Assembly: GCA_003971905.1 (NCBI GenBank) | Contig: RSEE01000040.1 | Coordinates: forward strand, 496,001-560,000 | Direction of reading: 5' to 3' | DNA length: 64,000 nucleotides | From: Moniliella sp. 'wahieum' | Lineage: Eukaryota | Part shown: one piece after another, positions 52,963 through 64,000 of the stretch | Position numbering within the stretch: the stretch's first letter is position 1 | Layout of the letters: each line of letters opens with the position of its first letter | Made by a program: the position numbers and the translations under genes | The notes under the pieces: generated by a model | Database searches by the model: none | What the model saw: the letters and a program-made list of their open reading frames with translations, nothing else | What the model was told of the DNA's origin: nothing

Positions 52963-55900
52963 CTACGCCGTCACCAAGGCTATGCGGCCTCGGCATGGGG
53001 TTGTCAGTTCCCGTTCCCGTCGGACAGCAGCGCGGCGGGCGGGCGGGGAGAGGCCCTGCGGGGGGAGGAGTAGGGCACCAGGCGCTGCGACTTGCGCGTG
53101 GACGAAGGTGGGTGAGCGGGCGTACCATGGCGTGGGTTGGGTCCTGGGGCGCCAGGCGCCGCGCTGCCGGCGCCATCGTCGGTCTCCATCCAGCCGGTTG
53201 GCCTGCGGCCAAACGAGCGGCGTGGCGACCTCATGCGGCGTGGGATTACCCGTCCCTCCCGAGAAGGCCTGCCCACCAGTCGACACGAGGGAGGGCATGG
53301 ACCAGCCCGCATTCGCTTCGCGCGGCCAGTCCTGCAACAGGGCCGGCGTCACGTTGGTTCGCCCGCACCCATGCCCATCGACATACCACCCAGGCCCAGC
53401 GGTGGTAAGCTGATGCCCATGCCATGCCCATGCCCATGCCATGCCCAGACCAAACGCACGCGGGTGTGGCCACCAAACGTCCTCCGGGCGTGGTGCCCAC
53501 GCCAGGCGTACGCCCAGTCCGGTGGGCGTGGCGCCAAACGAAGGGAATCCGCGAGGGGTGGCAAACGCGCCGCCGGGCGTGCCCATATCCAGCCCAAACT
53601 CGCGCCGGCCACAGCCATGGGCGTGTCGAGGCGGGAAGGCGTGAGAGCAGCTCGGGCGGACGAGGCGGAGGCGAAACGGAAGCAGGGCCAGCGCGCCCCT
53701 CGCGTCGGGGAGGAGGTGGGTGCTGGGGATCCCCCTTGATCCCAAACCAACGGGGGGGACCGACCACCCAGTCGAGGTGTGCCTAGTCCTGCTGCCTGCC
53801 GCGCCTGGCCCGACCACGTAAACAGCCGCCGCTGCTTTTCGCCAGCACCTTGGGTCGTCAGGCGTCCAGTTACTGGCCCGGCTCGGAGATTCGGCCAAGC
53901 ACCGGCCCATCCGAGGCCCCGCCGCGCTCGGCGAGGCCACGCTCGCATCCGACAATTTCTGCGCATCACCGACAAGGGCAACTCGAGCGAAAACCCAGAT
54001 CCACGGCGTGGCGAAAGGCCGTCGCCCTTGGACCAGACGTCCACCTCGTCCCTATCGCCCTGTTGCTTGTCATGCGAGCCTTCCTCCCCTCCAAGCGACC
54101 TCTTGCTTGGGCGAGGCGTAATCATCGCCGGTCCCGATAGGTAGGAGAGGTGGCTTTCGGCCCGAAGTCAGCACCCCCGTGGGCGAAGACAGCATGGTCC
54201 CCGGGCCCGACTTGCGTGCCAGCGGCGAGCCTGGATCGAGAGCACGCATCCCGTACCGATGGGCGCGAGCACGCGACGGTGCTTTTTGGGCAGGCGGCGT
54301 ACGCAAGCCTGCCCGCCCTCTTGGCTGGTCGGGGGAGTGGGATCGGTACTGGTGCGGGCGCTCATCCCGCCCACGAAGAGCCAGAGGCGGCCGCACCCGA
54401 TCGGGCAGGCAACGCCAACGCGCGTGGATCGCCCGAAAACTCAGCGACAACCTCCACGTCCCCCAACGGTTTGTCCAAGCTCATTGGTTCGTCCAGAACC
54501 GTGCCGGGCTCGGGCTCAGGCTCGGCACGGACCTGTACCGCCGCCGTCGCCGGGGTCTTGCTTCGACTTGACACGCGTGTCGAGCGGCGCAGACCTGTTG
54601 CTCGAGTCGCCTCTCGGCCCCGCGAGCGGCGAGGGGCAGTGGGACCAGGCACCGCAGACGCATCTGTTTCTGCCTCGGTCACTTCGGCTTGACTCGACGT
54701 CGGTGTGCCCGCAGCCAAGCGAACGGTGCAGGCATGACAGACCCACTCCTTCTTGCTTCGCACGGCACGGTACCCCACACACGGCTGATGGTACACCCGC
54801 TTGCACGATCCGCACTGTACCTCCGGCCCGCCATCGGCGCCCAAACCACAGAAGCACGATGCGAGCGCAGGCGAGTCGCGCTTGCCCGTGCTGGAGTGGG
54901 AAGCTGGGCCGGGCAAAGTGGGAGCAGGTGCGGGAACCGCGCACGGGGTCCTTTGACTTGCGTGGCAGGCTGCGCCGCGGTGGAGCGGGAAGCTGAAGCT
55001 CTTCGGGCCCGACGGACAAGCGCATTGGCACCTCCGCCACCAACTCACTGGGGGTAGTCGTCCGGCGTCGTTTGGCCGCGGAGGAGGACAAGAGAAGCTG
55101 CAGGAGCAGCGGATAGGATCGGAGTCGACTGGCGTTTATGCTTGGCCTTGCTTTTGTCCTTGTCTTGGTCCTGGTCCTGGTCGGTGGTCCGGCTAGGACC
55201 TTGCCTTTGTCCTTGTCCTTGCCCTTATCCTTGTCCTTGTCCTTGTCCATGTCGGTGTCAGTGTCCGTACTCCTCCTCATGCCCGTGTCCTTGTCCTTGC
55301 TCTTTCTTGAGAGTCCGGCTTGTCCTGGCTGGCGGTAACGGGCACAACGGGCATTCTGGCGCTCAGCTCCGAGGCGAGCGGAGGGGCGCTTTCAGAACCG
55401 GCAGCATTCAAGCCTCTTGCATTCTGGAGCAAGGTCATTGCATCTGGCGGGAGATGCATGCCTGGCATTTCAGCGAGTTGAAGCACAGACATGGGGGGCA
55501 CCAGCGGCAGACCACAGCCGATGGGGAGGGGGCAGCATCGTTGCGCCCTCCGCCAGCTGCTCGGACGTCCAGGCAGGCTGCGCCGATCCGGGGAGAGGAG
55601 GGAATGCACGCGGGTGGTCGGGATACGTCGTGGCTGCCGCTAAGGCAGCCGCTGCATTCGACTGGGACCATGCGTTCCAAATGGTGAACCAAGAGGAGAG
55701 GGAGTGGCACGCCAGCGCGCGCTGGCGCCCCTTCCAAGCGCGCTGGGACAAGGCACAGCGGACCATCGGGTGGGTACGAACGGCCGGGTCGAGTGAGGAA
55801 CGAGATGGGTAGCGGCGCGACTCAGATCGGGGCCAGCGGGAGTCGATCCGGCGTCCCTGCCGCCGCCGCTTCCTTCTCCTCCAACGCCGGCGACAAGTGC

Positions 55901-56969
55901 AGCCACTGATCTTCCTCCTTGAATGTGCGCGTCAAGCCTTGGGATGGCCCCCCGGCGGCTCCCCCTCGTCCTCTTCGTCGCTCTCCGAGGGCTCGTCCAG
56001 CCACCGCAGAAGAATTCTCGTTTTCGCTTCATCTTCCGCCTCTGAAAGTGGAGTGGTGGACGAAGTGGGGGCGGATGCGAGGGGGCAGCAGCGGGCGCGG
56101 GCGGCAAAGGTGCGCGGCGGGCGGCGGGCTTGCCAAGGGCCATCGGCAAGGTCTGGCCAGTTCAACAAGGCAGCACCAGGCTCGGTGGTGGGTGCACGAG
56201 CCGCTTGTGCTCCTGCGCGCGCGCGGGGACCAATGCCTTTAGCGCCGCAGCATGGTGGGCTAGGTGGGCCGGAATCTCGGGATCCAGCGTGGTGGGGCCA
56301 GAGGTGGGCTGGCTGGAAGAGGACGAAGCGGCATCGGACGTGGAGGCGCGCGAGTCGCCATTGGACGAAGAAGAAGAGGCAAACGGGAGCAGCGGGGCCC
56401 TGGCACTGGGGCGGGCAAGAAGGCCCGAAAAGGATCGACGGGGCGGACAGAAAAGGAGCAAGGCTGCGGGGGGAGCATGCTCGGAGGGGGCGGTGCGTGC
56501 GGCTGCGGATGGGTTTTGGGGGGGCAGAGGTTTTCTTGGGGTGGGCGCTGGCATAGAGGGCAACGAAGGCAACGAGGGAGAGCGCGCAGGCGGGGCTGTG
56601 GGGGGCGCGAGAAAGAAGGGAAGATTCGGGGGTTGGAAGGAGGCGGCGGGCGGGAGCTGCGGCTGCGGACGAGGAGCAGGAGGACGCCGGCGGTGCTACG
56701 GCGGGGCAAAGAGGGCGGGCGCAAGGGCGCGGACGGGAGGACGGTGGTGGGGGGGAGTGGAGGGAGAGGAGGCAGAGGCAGAGGCGAGGCGGGCGGAGAC
56801 GGCGACGGCGAGCTCGGGAGCGACGGCAACACGGCCCATGCCAGCAACGGTAACGCCGACCAGGCGGCGGCACGGAGACGAGTCGGGCACGACAAACTCA
56901 TCGAGCAGGCGGTGGAAGGTGCGGTCGGCGCTCGAGGGTGGGGGGGGGTGGGGGGGGGGGCGGGGACAT
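52963..56969 (-). CDS. Large low-complexity protein with a PHD finger (about 54730-54860); boundaries uncertain
   Basis: CFCGLGADGGPEVQCGSCKRVYHQPCVG....KEWVCHAC is a C4HC3 PHD finger. Flanks are heavily frameshifted and include a DKDK hexamer tract at about 55150-55300. Confidence 0.65.
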
Positions 56970-58472
56970 GGCGGGCAGGGCCGCGGGGGGAGGGGGAGGG
57001 GGCAGGCGGGAGAGCGGCAGGCCGACTGGGCTCCGTCGGCGTGCTGGGCAAGGCGGGCGGGAGAAAGGCGGCTGGCGGGTGAGGCTGGCCACCGCCTGGC
57101 CAGGCGGTGATCACTGGCCACGCTTCCGCACTTGTGCGTTCCCGGTTCTACGCCCAGCGCCCCGCCGGCGCCCATACATCACATCACGTGGCCGCTGGCC
57201 TGCGCTCGCCTGCCCGGCTGGTTGCACATTGGATGTTGCAGCGGGCAGCCCCACCGCCATTCCAGCCGGGCACGGCGCGGCTGCTTGCCGCCTGCTGCCG
57301 ACGCACAATCCGCTCAGGTCTCAGCGCCAATAGAACCCCCGCCAACCCCCCAACCCTCCACAGCCATCCACACGGGCACTCTCTTCTTCTAGGCTTTGTC
57401 TATCGAGATGGACGCGCCTGGGCCAGTGTGGACGCCTCGTCGGCTTCTCTCTCCTGTCAAACAACACCCGACCGACTCTGGCCACATGAAGGTCGAGCAC
57501 CCAATTGTACAATCGACGTATTGTCGCCTCCTTTTTTGCCCCACACACCCAAAGGGTGTGCCAGGCAGCAACATCGAGAGGGAATTGGCAGCCCATGGGA
57601 ATTAGATTGGGTCAACGCAGGCCCACGACTTGATTGGCTGTAGGCCGGGAGGAAGCGCCCCAGTCACAAGCGCATATCCCGCGTACACCAACCACATAAC
57701 AAAGGGCAGTCACGCGTCATGGCTGGTCACGCTGTCACGGGGGTTAGCCGGTTAGGCCTTACGCCCGCCGCACGTCAGCGCCCATTTCCAGCCACAGCCT
57801 CGCGGCCATGGAAAGGGTCTTGGCCAGATGGGAGATCCGAGGGGGCCACCAATCTATAACTCAAAAGACGCTGTGCTGGCAATTGCGACTCCAAACACCA
57901 GAGACCTATAGAGGAAAGCTGCCGCACAGAGTTTAGCCTTCCAAGCCCCGTGCCGCCAAGCTCGGGATCCAGCGCGTTGTGAGCGCTGAGCGCCCTGTGG
58001 GATGTGGGCCTTGCCCAATGAACGTGAACGATGAACCAGAGCTGTCGCGAACGGGCTTGCTTACCAGAACTGTCGATGTGCCCGATCTGCTCGATCTGCT
58101 GGGTGGTTGGCTGGGAGGCCTCCACCGCACGCGCACAAAAATTGGTTTCACAGTCGCAGTGGTGCACATGCCGCGCTCGCATTCCGCCCGAACCCAGCTC
58201 GTTCCGCCCATGGAGGCGCACAGTGTCACGTGGCTCCAGCAGGCAGCCTTGGCCGGGGCAGCTCGCGTCGGGGAAGGCCGGGGGGCGTCAGCGCGCGTCA
58301 GCGCCCAGCTGCGGTAGCTGCGGTGCGGCGGCGAAACGGCCGCCACGTGTCACTTGGCTCTCGTCACTTGGTCCCGCGCCGCCAGCCAGCGTCCAGCGCC
58401 AACGCCAGCGCCAGCGCCACCACCACCACCACCACCACCACCACCTCCTCCTCCCTTCCTCCCATCCCCACC

Positions 58473-59113
58473 ATGGCGCAGCTGCTGGATGCTGCACGCA
58501 CGTACGTTCCTCTCCTCCCCCCGCCTGCTGCGTTGCTCCATGCGGACCACTCACCCCCCCTGTCCGCGCCTTGCCCTCGCTCCTGCGCCTCCTCCAGTCC
58601 CAGACTTGCTTCGTTCGGCGGGGGCGAATCACCTTCGGATATCGTCCGGCACGGGATGGTCATGCGCGCCAAGTCCATCCTGATGGGATTCCGCAGTCCG
58701 CGCGAGTTCCTCGATCCCAACCGCATCAGCCGTCCCAGCGGCGCTACCGAGGCCGCCCAGCGCATCACCTACAACACACGCTACTTTGCTGGCAACTACT
58801 TGGCCATCGTGCTGGTGCTGGGGGTGTACGGATGCTGACGAGCGAATTGCTGCTGTTTGCCATGCGTTCCTCGTCGCTGGCTTTTGGGCGATCAACAAAT
58901 TCGCCCCAGAACCCTTGCAAGTAGGCAGCCATGTCGTGACCCAGCGCTCGCTCTACACGGCCTTGCTCGTGATTGGCATCCCACTGCTCTGGTGGGCCAG
59001 TCCGTTTGCTGGTGTTTTGGTTCATCGGATCCTCCGCCTTGCTCGTGCTCGGCCACGCGATCTTTGTCGAGCCCCCGGTCAGCTCCGAGTATGCGGCGGT
59101 CGAAACGGTCTAA
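58473..59113 (+). CDS. YIP3: Prenylated Rab acceptor (PRA1/Yip3); intron about 58502-58603
   Basis: EFLDPNRISRP.....A.QRITYNTRYFAGNY, IGIPLLWWASP, LVLGHA..VEPPVSSEY. Confidence 0.9.
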
Positions 59114-59442
59114 GACGGCAAGCGTCGGCTGGGCTTACCTGTTCGTGTCCCTGTTTTTGTCGTTGGTGCAGAATAGGAGCCCAGAAGGGCCACCGCTCCT
59201 TCCGCACCCAAAGAAGACACGCATCACGTAGTTTTCAGTCCACCCTTCCCCCCACATATGAAAGTGGCTGCGCCAACCGCGTCTCGGATTCCCACCGGAA
59301 CGCTGCTACTCGGGCGGGAAGACGCGCACCAGTGCGCCGGCTAGCGGAGCACTTGACATTTTGGCAGGGACAGCCGAGAAGATAACATGCATGATGGGCA
59401 TGCAAAATGGCAAAGGAAATTGGTAAACCAAAAAACAAAAAA

Positions 59443-59535
59443 TGGACGAATAGGGAATCGAACCCCAGACCCCAGACCTCACACAAGCACAAGGAAGATG
59501 CGAAGCGTGCGCTCTACCAACTGAGCTATCCGCCC
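59443..59535 (-). tRNA. tRNA-Ala(CGC) with 13-nt intron and an extra 7-nt tandem duplication before the T arm
   Basis: Reverse complement GGGCGGA TAGCTCAGTTGGTAGAGCG CACGC TTCGCA [tcttccttgtgct] T GTGTG AGG TCTGGGG TCTGGGG TTCGATT CCCTA TTCGTCC A; G3:U70; T-run terminator. Confidence 0.85.
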
Positions 59536-60534
59536 ACCTGCAGTGTATGTAGACACATCCAACATGGTCGTCTCCATCATGTGCATCATGTGGGCTGGCA
59601 ATGCACCAGGTATAGGCAAGGTGATCTTCGTATAGCCGTGGTTTCGCAACACGCATCGAACTTGCACGTACGCACCCACCATTCACATCTGGCGACACAC
59701 ATGCTCGCCAGGTGGATTCTCGGCCCTTGGTCTGTTCTCGGTTCGGATTTCCCTTTGTGTCGGTACGCTCCCAGCACTTGAAGTTCATTCACCGGACGGT
59801 GAATTCGCCGCTTATTATGCATGGCCGTCTTCTTCCAGATAATCCGCCGCATCTCCTCTCCTGCGATTCCGCACAGGTATATATGGCAAGTTTACAATCG
59901 AGCGAGACAGCAACTGTTAGAATGACGGCAACGTACGAACGGAAATGATATACCGCAAGACGTGGGGAAGAGGCAGAATAACATATGCATGCGAGTGGAG
60001 ATGGCAGAGACAAATGACAGGTGACAATGGTTACCGACCGGAGAAGACCGAGGACTTGCAAGGGAAAAAAGGTAAGGCAGAGAGAGGGATGAGCGCAATG
60101 ATCGATGCGAGAGCGAGGGAGAGGAGACGGAAAGAACATAAAAAAGATAAACACCATGACAGATATCAACCGGGGACGTGCGAGGGGGGAAGAGAGACTG
60201 GCCCCAGCCTGCGTCCCTCGAAACGGTGAACGTGAGACGGATCCATGAACGAAGAAAAGGGCATTTCTGCCCGAACCAAAACCCGTGACGAAAAACCATT
60301 GCAAAATCCAGTTCGCCTTGCCAAGGGGAAAAGGATTGCAATGCAAGATCAGACCCGCCTTGAACCCAAAGTAAACAGAGAACGTACAACCCTATACGGC
60401 AAAGAAAGGGAACGACAGGAGAAACGATAGATACCAAAAAAACGAATTGACTGTGGATGAGACCGAGCTCCCCTGCCTCTGTGCTAACCACGCATGGCGC
60501 CAGGGGGGGAAACCGGGAGAGCAAGGAGGGAATA

Positions 60535-62099
60535 TCAAGCGACCGAACCCGTTTGTGGAGGGGAGCCAAACTCGGGCAGCGGACACGCTACTGCAAGGGC
60601 GCTGAGTGGGCTGAATGGTGCTGGAGTGCACACAGGAAGGAGCCGAACCAATGCAAGTAGATCGTACGCAACTCCCTCCGACCGAACCAGGCGAGGTGAG
60701 CTCATTCTGCTGAGCCTGTTGCCAACCCACCACACCATTTGAGGGGACTCTCCTTGCTGTGCCGCATAGGGAGGGAGCAAGCTAGGCTCCTCTTGCTTCA
60801 GCGCACCACTCCCAATGCCCGAGTCCGAGGCGCAGAGCAAATGTGCGGGTGCGAAACAAAGGAGAGCGCCAAGGAAGAGCTAGACACAAGGGGTTGCTGC
60901 AGATGCTGCACCATTGGCGGGAGAGCGATAAGCAGGACTGCCAGCAGTTCCATTTTCCGGGAGCGACATGCTCCTCGTCTTCTTGTCTGGCAGCTCGGCT
61001 GGAGCGACGAAAAGCGCAAGACTGGACGCCAACGACGATAGATCCGCTGGGACGGAAAGAGTGGGATCGGTTTGATGGCGGTGGAGGCAGAGGGTGGCGG
61101 TGGCCAGGTGGCCAACGATAATCTGCATCAGCTTGCCCTGGTGCACCAAATTCTCTTGCACCTGCACGATGTCCGTAACCACCATCTCGTACAGCTTGGA
61201 GAGCGTGCCGAGATGCTGGACCAAGTGGTCCTGGACCTGTTGCAACCCGATCAGTTGGTGCTTGAGGTCGGACATTTTCTTCCGCACCACACTCGGTGGC
61301 GGGGGGGATCAAGGTGGGAAGACAAGCGGGTCGGAAATGGTTTCGGCCGCAGGGGCAAGAGGGGATGCCGTTCCGTTCCGATCCAGACGCGGTAGTCGTG
61401 ATAGAAGGGGCAGCGACCGAATTGGTGGGAGGCTTGCGCTGGATCAAGTCGAGCAGGTCTGGTCGACCAGCACAGAACGAATGGTGTTTAAACTCCCACA
61501 TTTGCTCAAACATGGCCGGCTGGGCCTGGTCTGGCTCCATGTCAAAGAGCTTTGCCAGCAAAACTGGGTTCTTCTTCACTTCACCTTGTGGAAGTCGTAC
61601 TTGTTCAGTTGGCGGACAAAGCTAGAAAAGTTGGAATGCTTAAGTGATGGGGCAAGGATATGGTTGTTAAAGTTGTCCATGCTCTGTGCCCACACAACCC
61701 CACAACACAACAAAAAGTCCCGCCCAACGTCAGTTCTCTAGTTGATTTGTACATGTCTCTCGCAACACGCAGATCGGGGAAGGGGGGGACGTACCACGAT
61801 GATGAAACTGTCGCGCGCGTAGGACCATCGTACCACATCATTCCATGATCCGTCCTCCAACATATAAAATAGCTTGGTAACAAAGTGCGGGTTGCGCTTG
61901 CTGGACTTCCTGACGCCTTGCTCCCTCGCCGGATGGGGATGGGGTTGGATGGGATGGATGCGAGGAGACGAGATAGGCTCGCTTGGAGAGAGAGAGAGAG
62001 GGTGGGGGTGGGACGGGGGAAGTGAGTGAGTTCTGTGGCTTGCGGGTGTGCGAGGGCACCACGCGAAAGATCAGCAGCCATCGGACCATCGCGGACCAT
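60535..62099 (-). CDS. HSF-type DNA-binding transcription factor (Skn7/Prr1-like coiled coil, no receiver domain seen); 1 intron, frameshifted
   Basis: FVTKLFYMLED...VVRWS...SFII|..HSNFSSFVRQLNKYDFHKV, WEFKH.SF..GRPDLLDLIQRK, then a heptad-repeat segment. The 3' end is uncertain. Confidence 0.85.
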
Positions 62100-62854
62100 G
62101 AAGAAAGAAGTGAAGCTCGTCGTGGTCCTGCTGAGTGTGGGGGGAGGTGGGAAGTGCAGAAGCGATGGCGGCCGAAGCTGGTGGTGCCGTTTGCGCAGAG
62201 GGAGAGGGCGGGAACAAGGCAGCGAGGGAAAGGTAGAAGGTGCGAGCGACTGGTGCATTTGAGGCAGGAATGTTGGGTGTGGAGGAAGATGTCGGGCAAG
62301 GTGGTTGGCTGGTGGTGGTGGTGCGGTGATTGTGGCGGCGGGAGGGGAGGAGGGTAGGGCAGGGGCAGGTCCGCAACGTATGCGTGGCGGCGGATGGCTG
62401 CTGCATCATCCCACAAAGGAGAAAGAAGAGGGGGGGGTGGCGGTGGTGTGCGGTCGAATGGAGGCCAGGACGAGGTGGGAAAGAGGGTGGAGGTGACCAG
62501 AGGCGGCAGCGAGGGAAGATGTTCGGGCAGCGCCTGCCGTGGGCCTCAACGACTCGCCTATAACCGCGCGCCAACCGAGGCTGGACAACAGCGATCAACC
62601 GTAGGACTAAGCACGTCCAACCCCGCCTTGTTTTTTTGCTGGCCCCAAGGCGCAACTGCGGGTCAGCGACGGCGGTGCGACGGCACAAACGCCGGTCGTG
62701 TGGTTGTGTGAGAACAGGCGGGCAGCGGGCCAGTGTCCGGCGCCCTCCCGCCGCCGCACGGCCTAGACCGATGGGCGGCTCGGCCCAGACTGGGCCCAGA
62801 CTCCGGCCCGCCAGGCGCGGTACAGTCGCCCCCCGCTGAACCTCGGTTCTCTCG

Positions 62855-63112
62855 CATCATGCATCCCCTGTCCCAAACGATGCATCATCCATCACTCGCA
62901 CTCTTCTCAGACGGCGGTCTCAGCTCAATCTCAGCCCAGGCGCCGTGCGCCCGCCTGTCGCATGATGCATGATGCATGATGCATGATGCATGAGTACGAG
63001 TTGCAACAGTGCCTCAGCCTCAGGCAGGTCTAACTCAGTATTGGTACTTGACAAGCTTGACAGTACTCACCGGCCCCAGATCTCAGATCCCCAGACGCAC
63101 TCAGAGATCTCA
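62855..63112. repeat. 7-bp palindrome-spacer cluster (ATGCAT x4, AGTACT, AAGCTT, AGATCT) upstream of the HSF gene
   Basis: gcatgatgcatgatgcatgatgcatgatgcatga; caagcttgacagtactcaccgg; cagatctcagatc. Confidence 0.85.
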
Positions 63113-63884
63113 GAATAGGAGTCTCCGACACTGCCAAGTGCCTGGTCCTGAGGAAGGCGATGGCAATGCCTCCAATACCCCGGAGGACTGACTCAGTACG
63201 TGGGCAGTCACTGCATCCTCGCCCCATCGAACCCCGCAGGAACATTCACCGTCCGCTGGCCTCTGGAGGCAGACGCCAGGACATGTGTGACATGTGACAT
63301 GGGAGTGACAGATGCAGTCCAACACACTAATCATCAACATCAAATATCAATCACAATAGCACTTGAGAGCTTGAGAAGGAGGCACCGTGGCAGGAGTGTG
63401 GTGCTCTTTATTGTGCCCCCATTTTGGTCGCTTTTCGTTCTCCTTCCTTCCGGGTCCTCTCTCTGTCGTGCAGAGATCGTATCCCACATATCATACACAT
63501 ATTTACGGCACACCTTGCTCATTCCCGTACATCAGATTCTCAGAGCCAACATTCTCCACACTCGTTGCATCTTCGTCGCAGCCACGACAGTCTGTCGGTG
63601 CCTTGGATATCGTCCCAAAACTATAGGACGTGCTGAGAGGCGTGCGGACATGAGAAACACAACAACGGCGAAAGAAGACTTGATTAATGCAACTGAATGC
63701 ATGCTCCGCTTAGCCCATTTCATGCCGGCGCTTTCCTTTTACCCTCGGGCTCCTTTCCGTACGTCTGCTCGTAGTTTTGTAGTCCGCGAGGGAGGTGTGT
63801 GGGGAGTGTTCTATCTGAGATATATATCAGCGCGAGTGTCTCACTTCCACATTGCGCGTGTATTGTATGTTCCTGTATGTTCGG

Positions 63885-63980
63885 TCAAGCTTCAGCTTCA
63901 AGCTTCAAGCTCAAGCTTCAAGCTTCAAGGTTGTCGGAGCCGCACTTGCCTTCACATTTGTCACATGTGCATGTCACGAC
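63885..63980. repeat. 7-bp palindrome-spacer cluster (AAGCTT, ACATGT)
   Basis: tcaagcttcagcttcaagcttcaagctcaagcttcaagcttcaag; tgtcacatgtgcatgtcac. Confidence 0.8.
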
Positions 63981-64000
63981 GGACAATGGGATCGTTGACG

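Noticed and set aside
63885..63930. (TTCAAGC)n as heat-shock elements near the HSF gene
   Set aside because: An HSE needs alternating nGAAn units at 5-bp spacing. These have a 7-bp period and belong to the wider family whose other cores lack GAA.

Overview
Gene-dense, GC-rich fungal DNA. Short GT..AG introns, low intron density and the gene content suggest a basidiomycete, probably Ustilaginomycotina (inference). Nearly every gene is broken by 1-nt indels, mostly in homopolymers, which looks like an unpolished long-read assembly, so genes were reconstructed across frames and several boundaries are approximate. Recognisable genes: secreted LIP-type lipase (partial), CSC1/OSCA channel, Aur1/Ipt1-family synthase, RPN6 and RPN7 (head-to-head), ATG5, a bacterial-looking beta-helix protein, a Num1/ApsA/Mcp5-like PH protein, AP-1 beta adaptin and RVB2 (head-to-head), a possible USP-fold protein, three tRNAs, a divergent LC8 dynein light chain, SPO11, a DUF6534-like membrane protein, PKR1, GPI11, a solitary gag-like ORF, DOM34, a PHD-finger protein, YIP3 and an HSF-domain factor. 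The most striking unexplained signal is a non-coding 7-bp grammar: 6-bp palindromes of form A-xy-y'x'-T separated by one base (usually giving TCA/TGA junctions). Almost every possible core is used, cores switch in register, and the arrays cluster upstream of gene starts.
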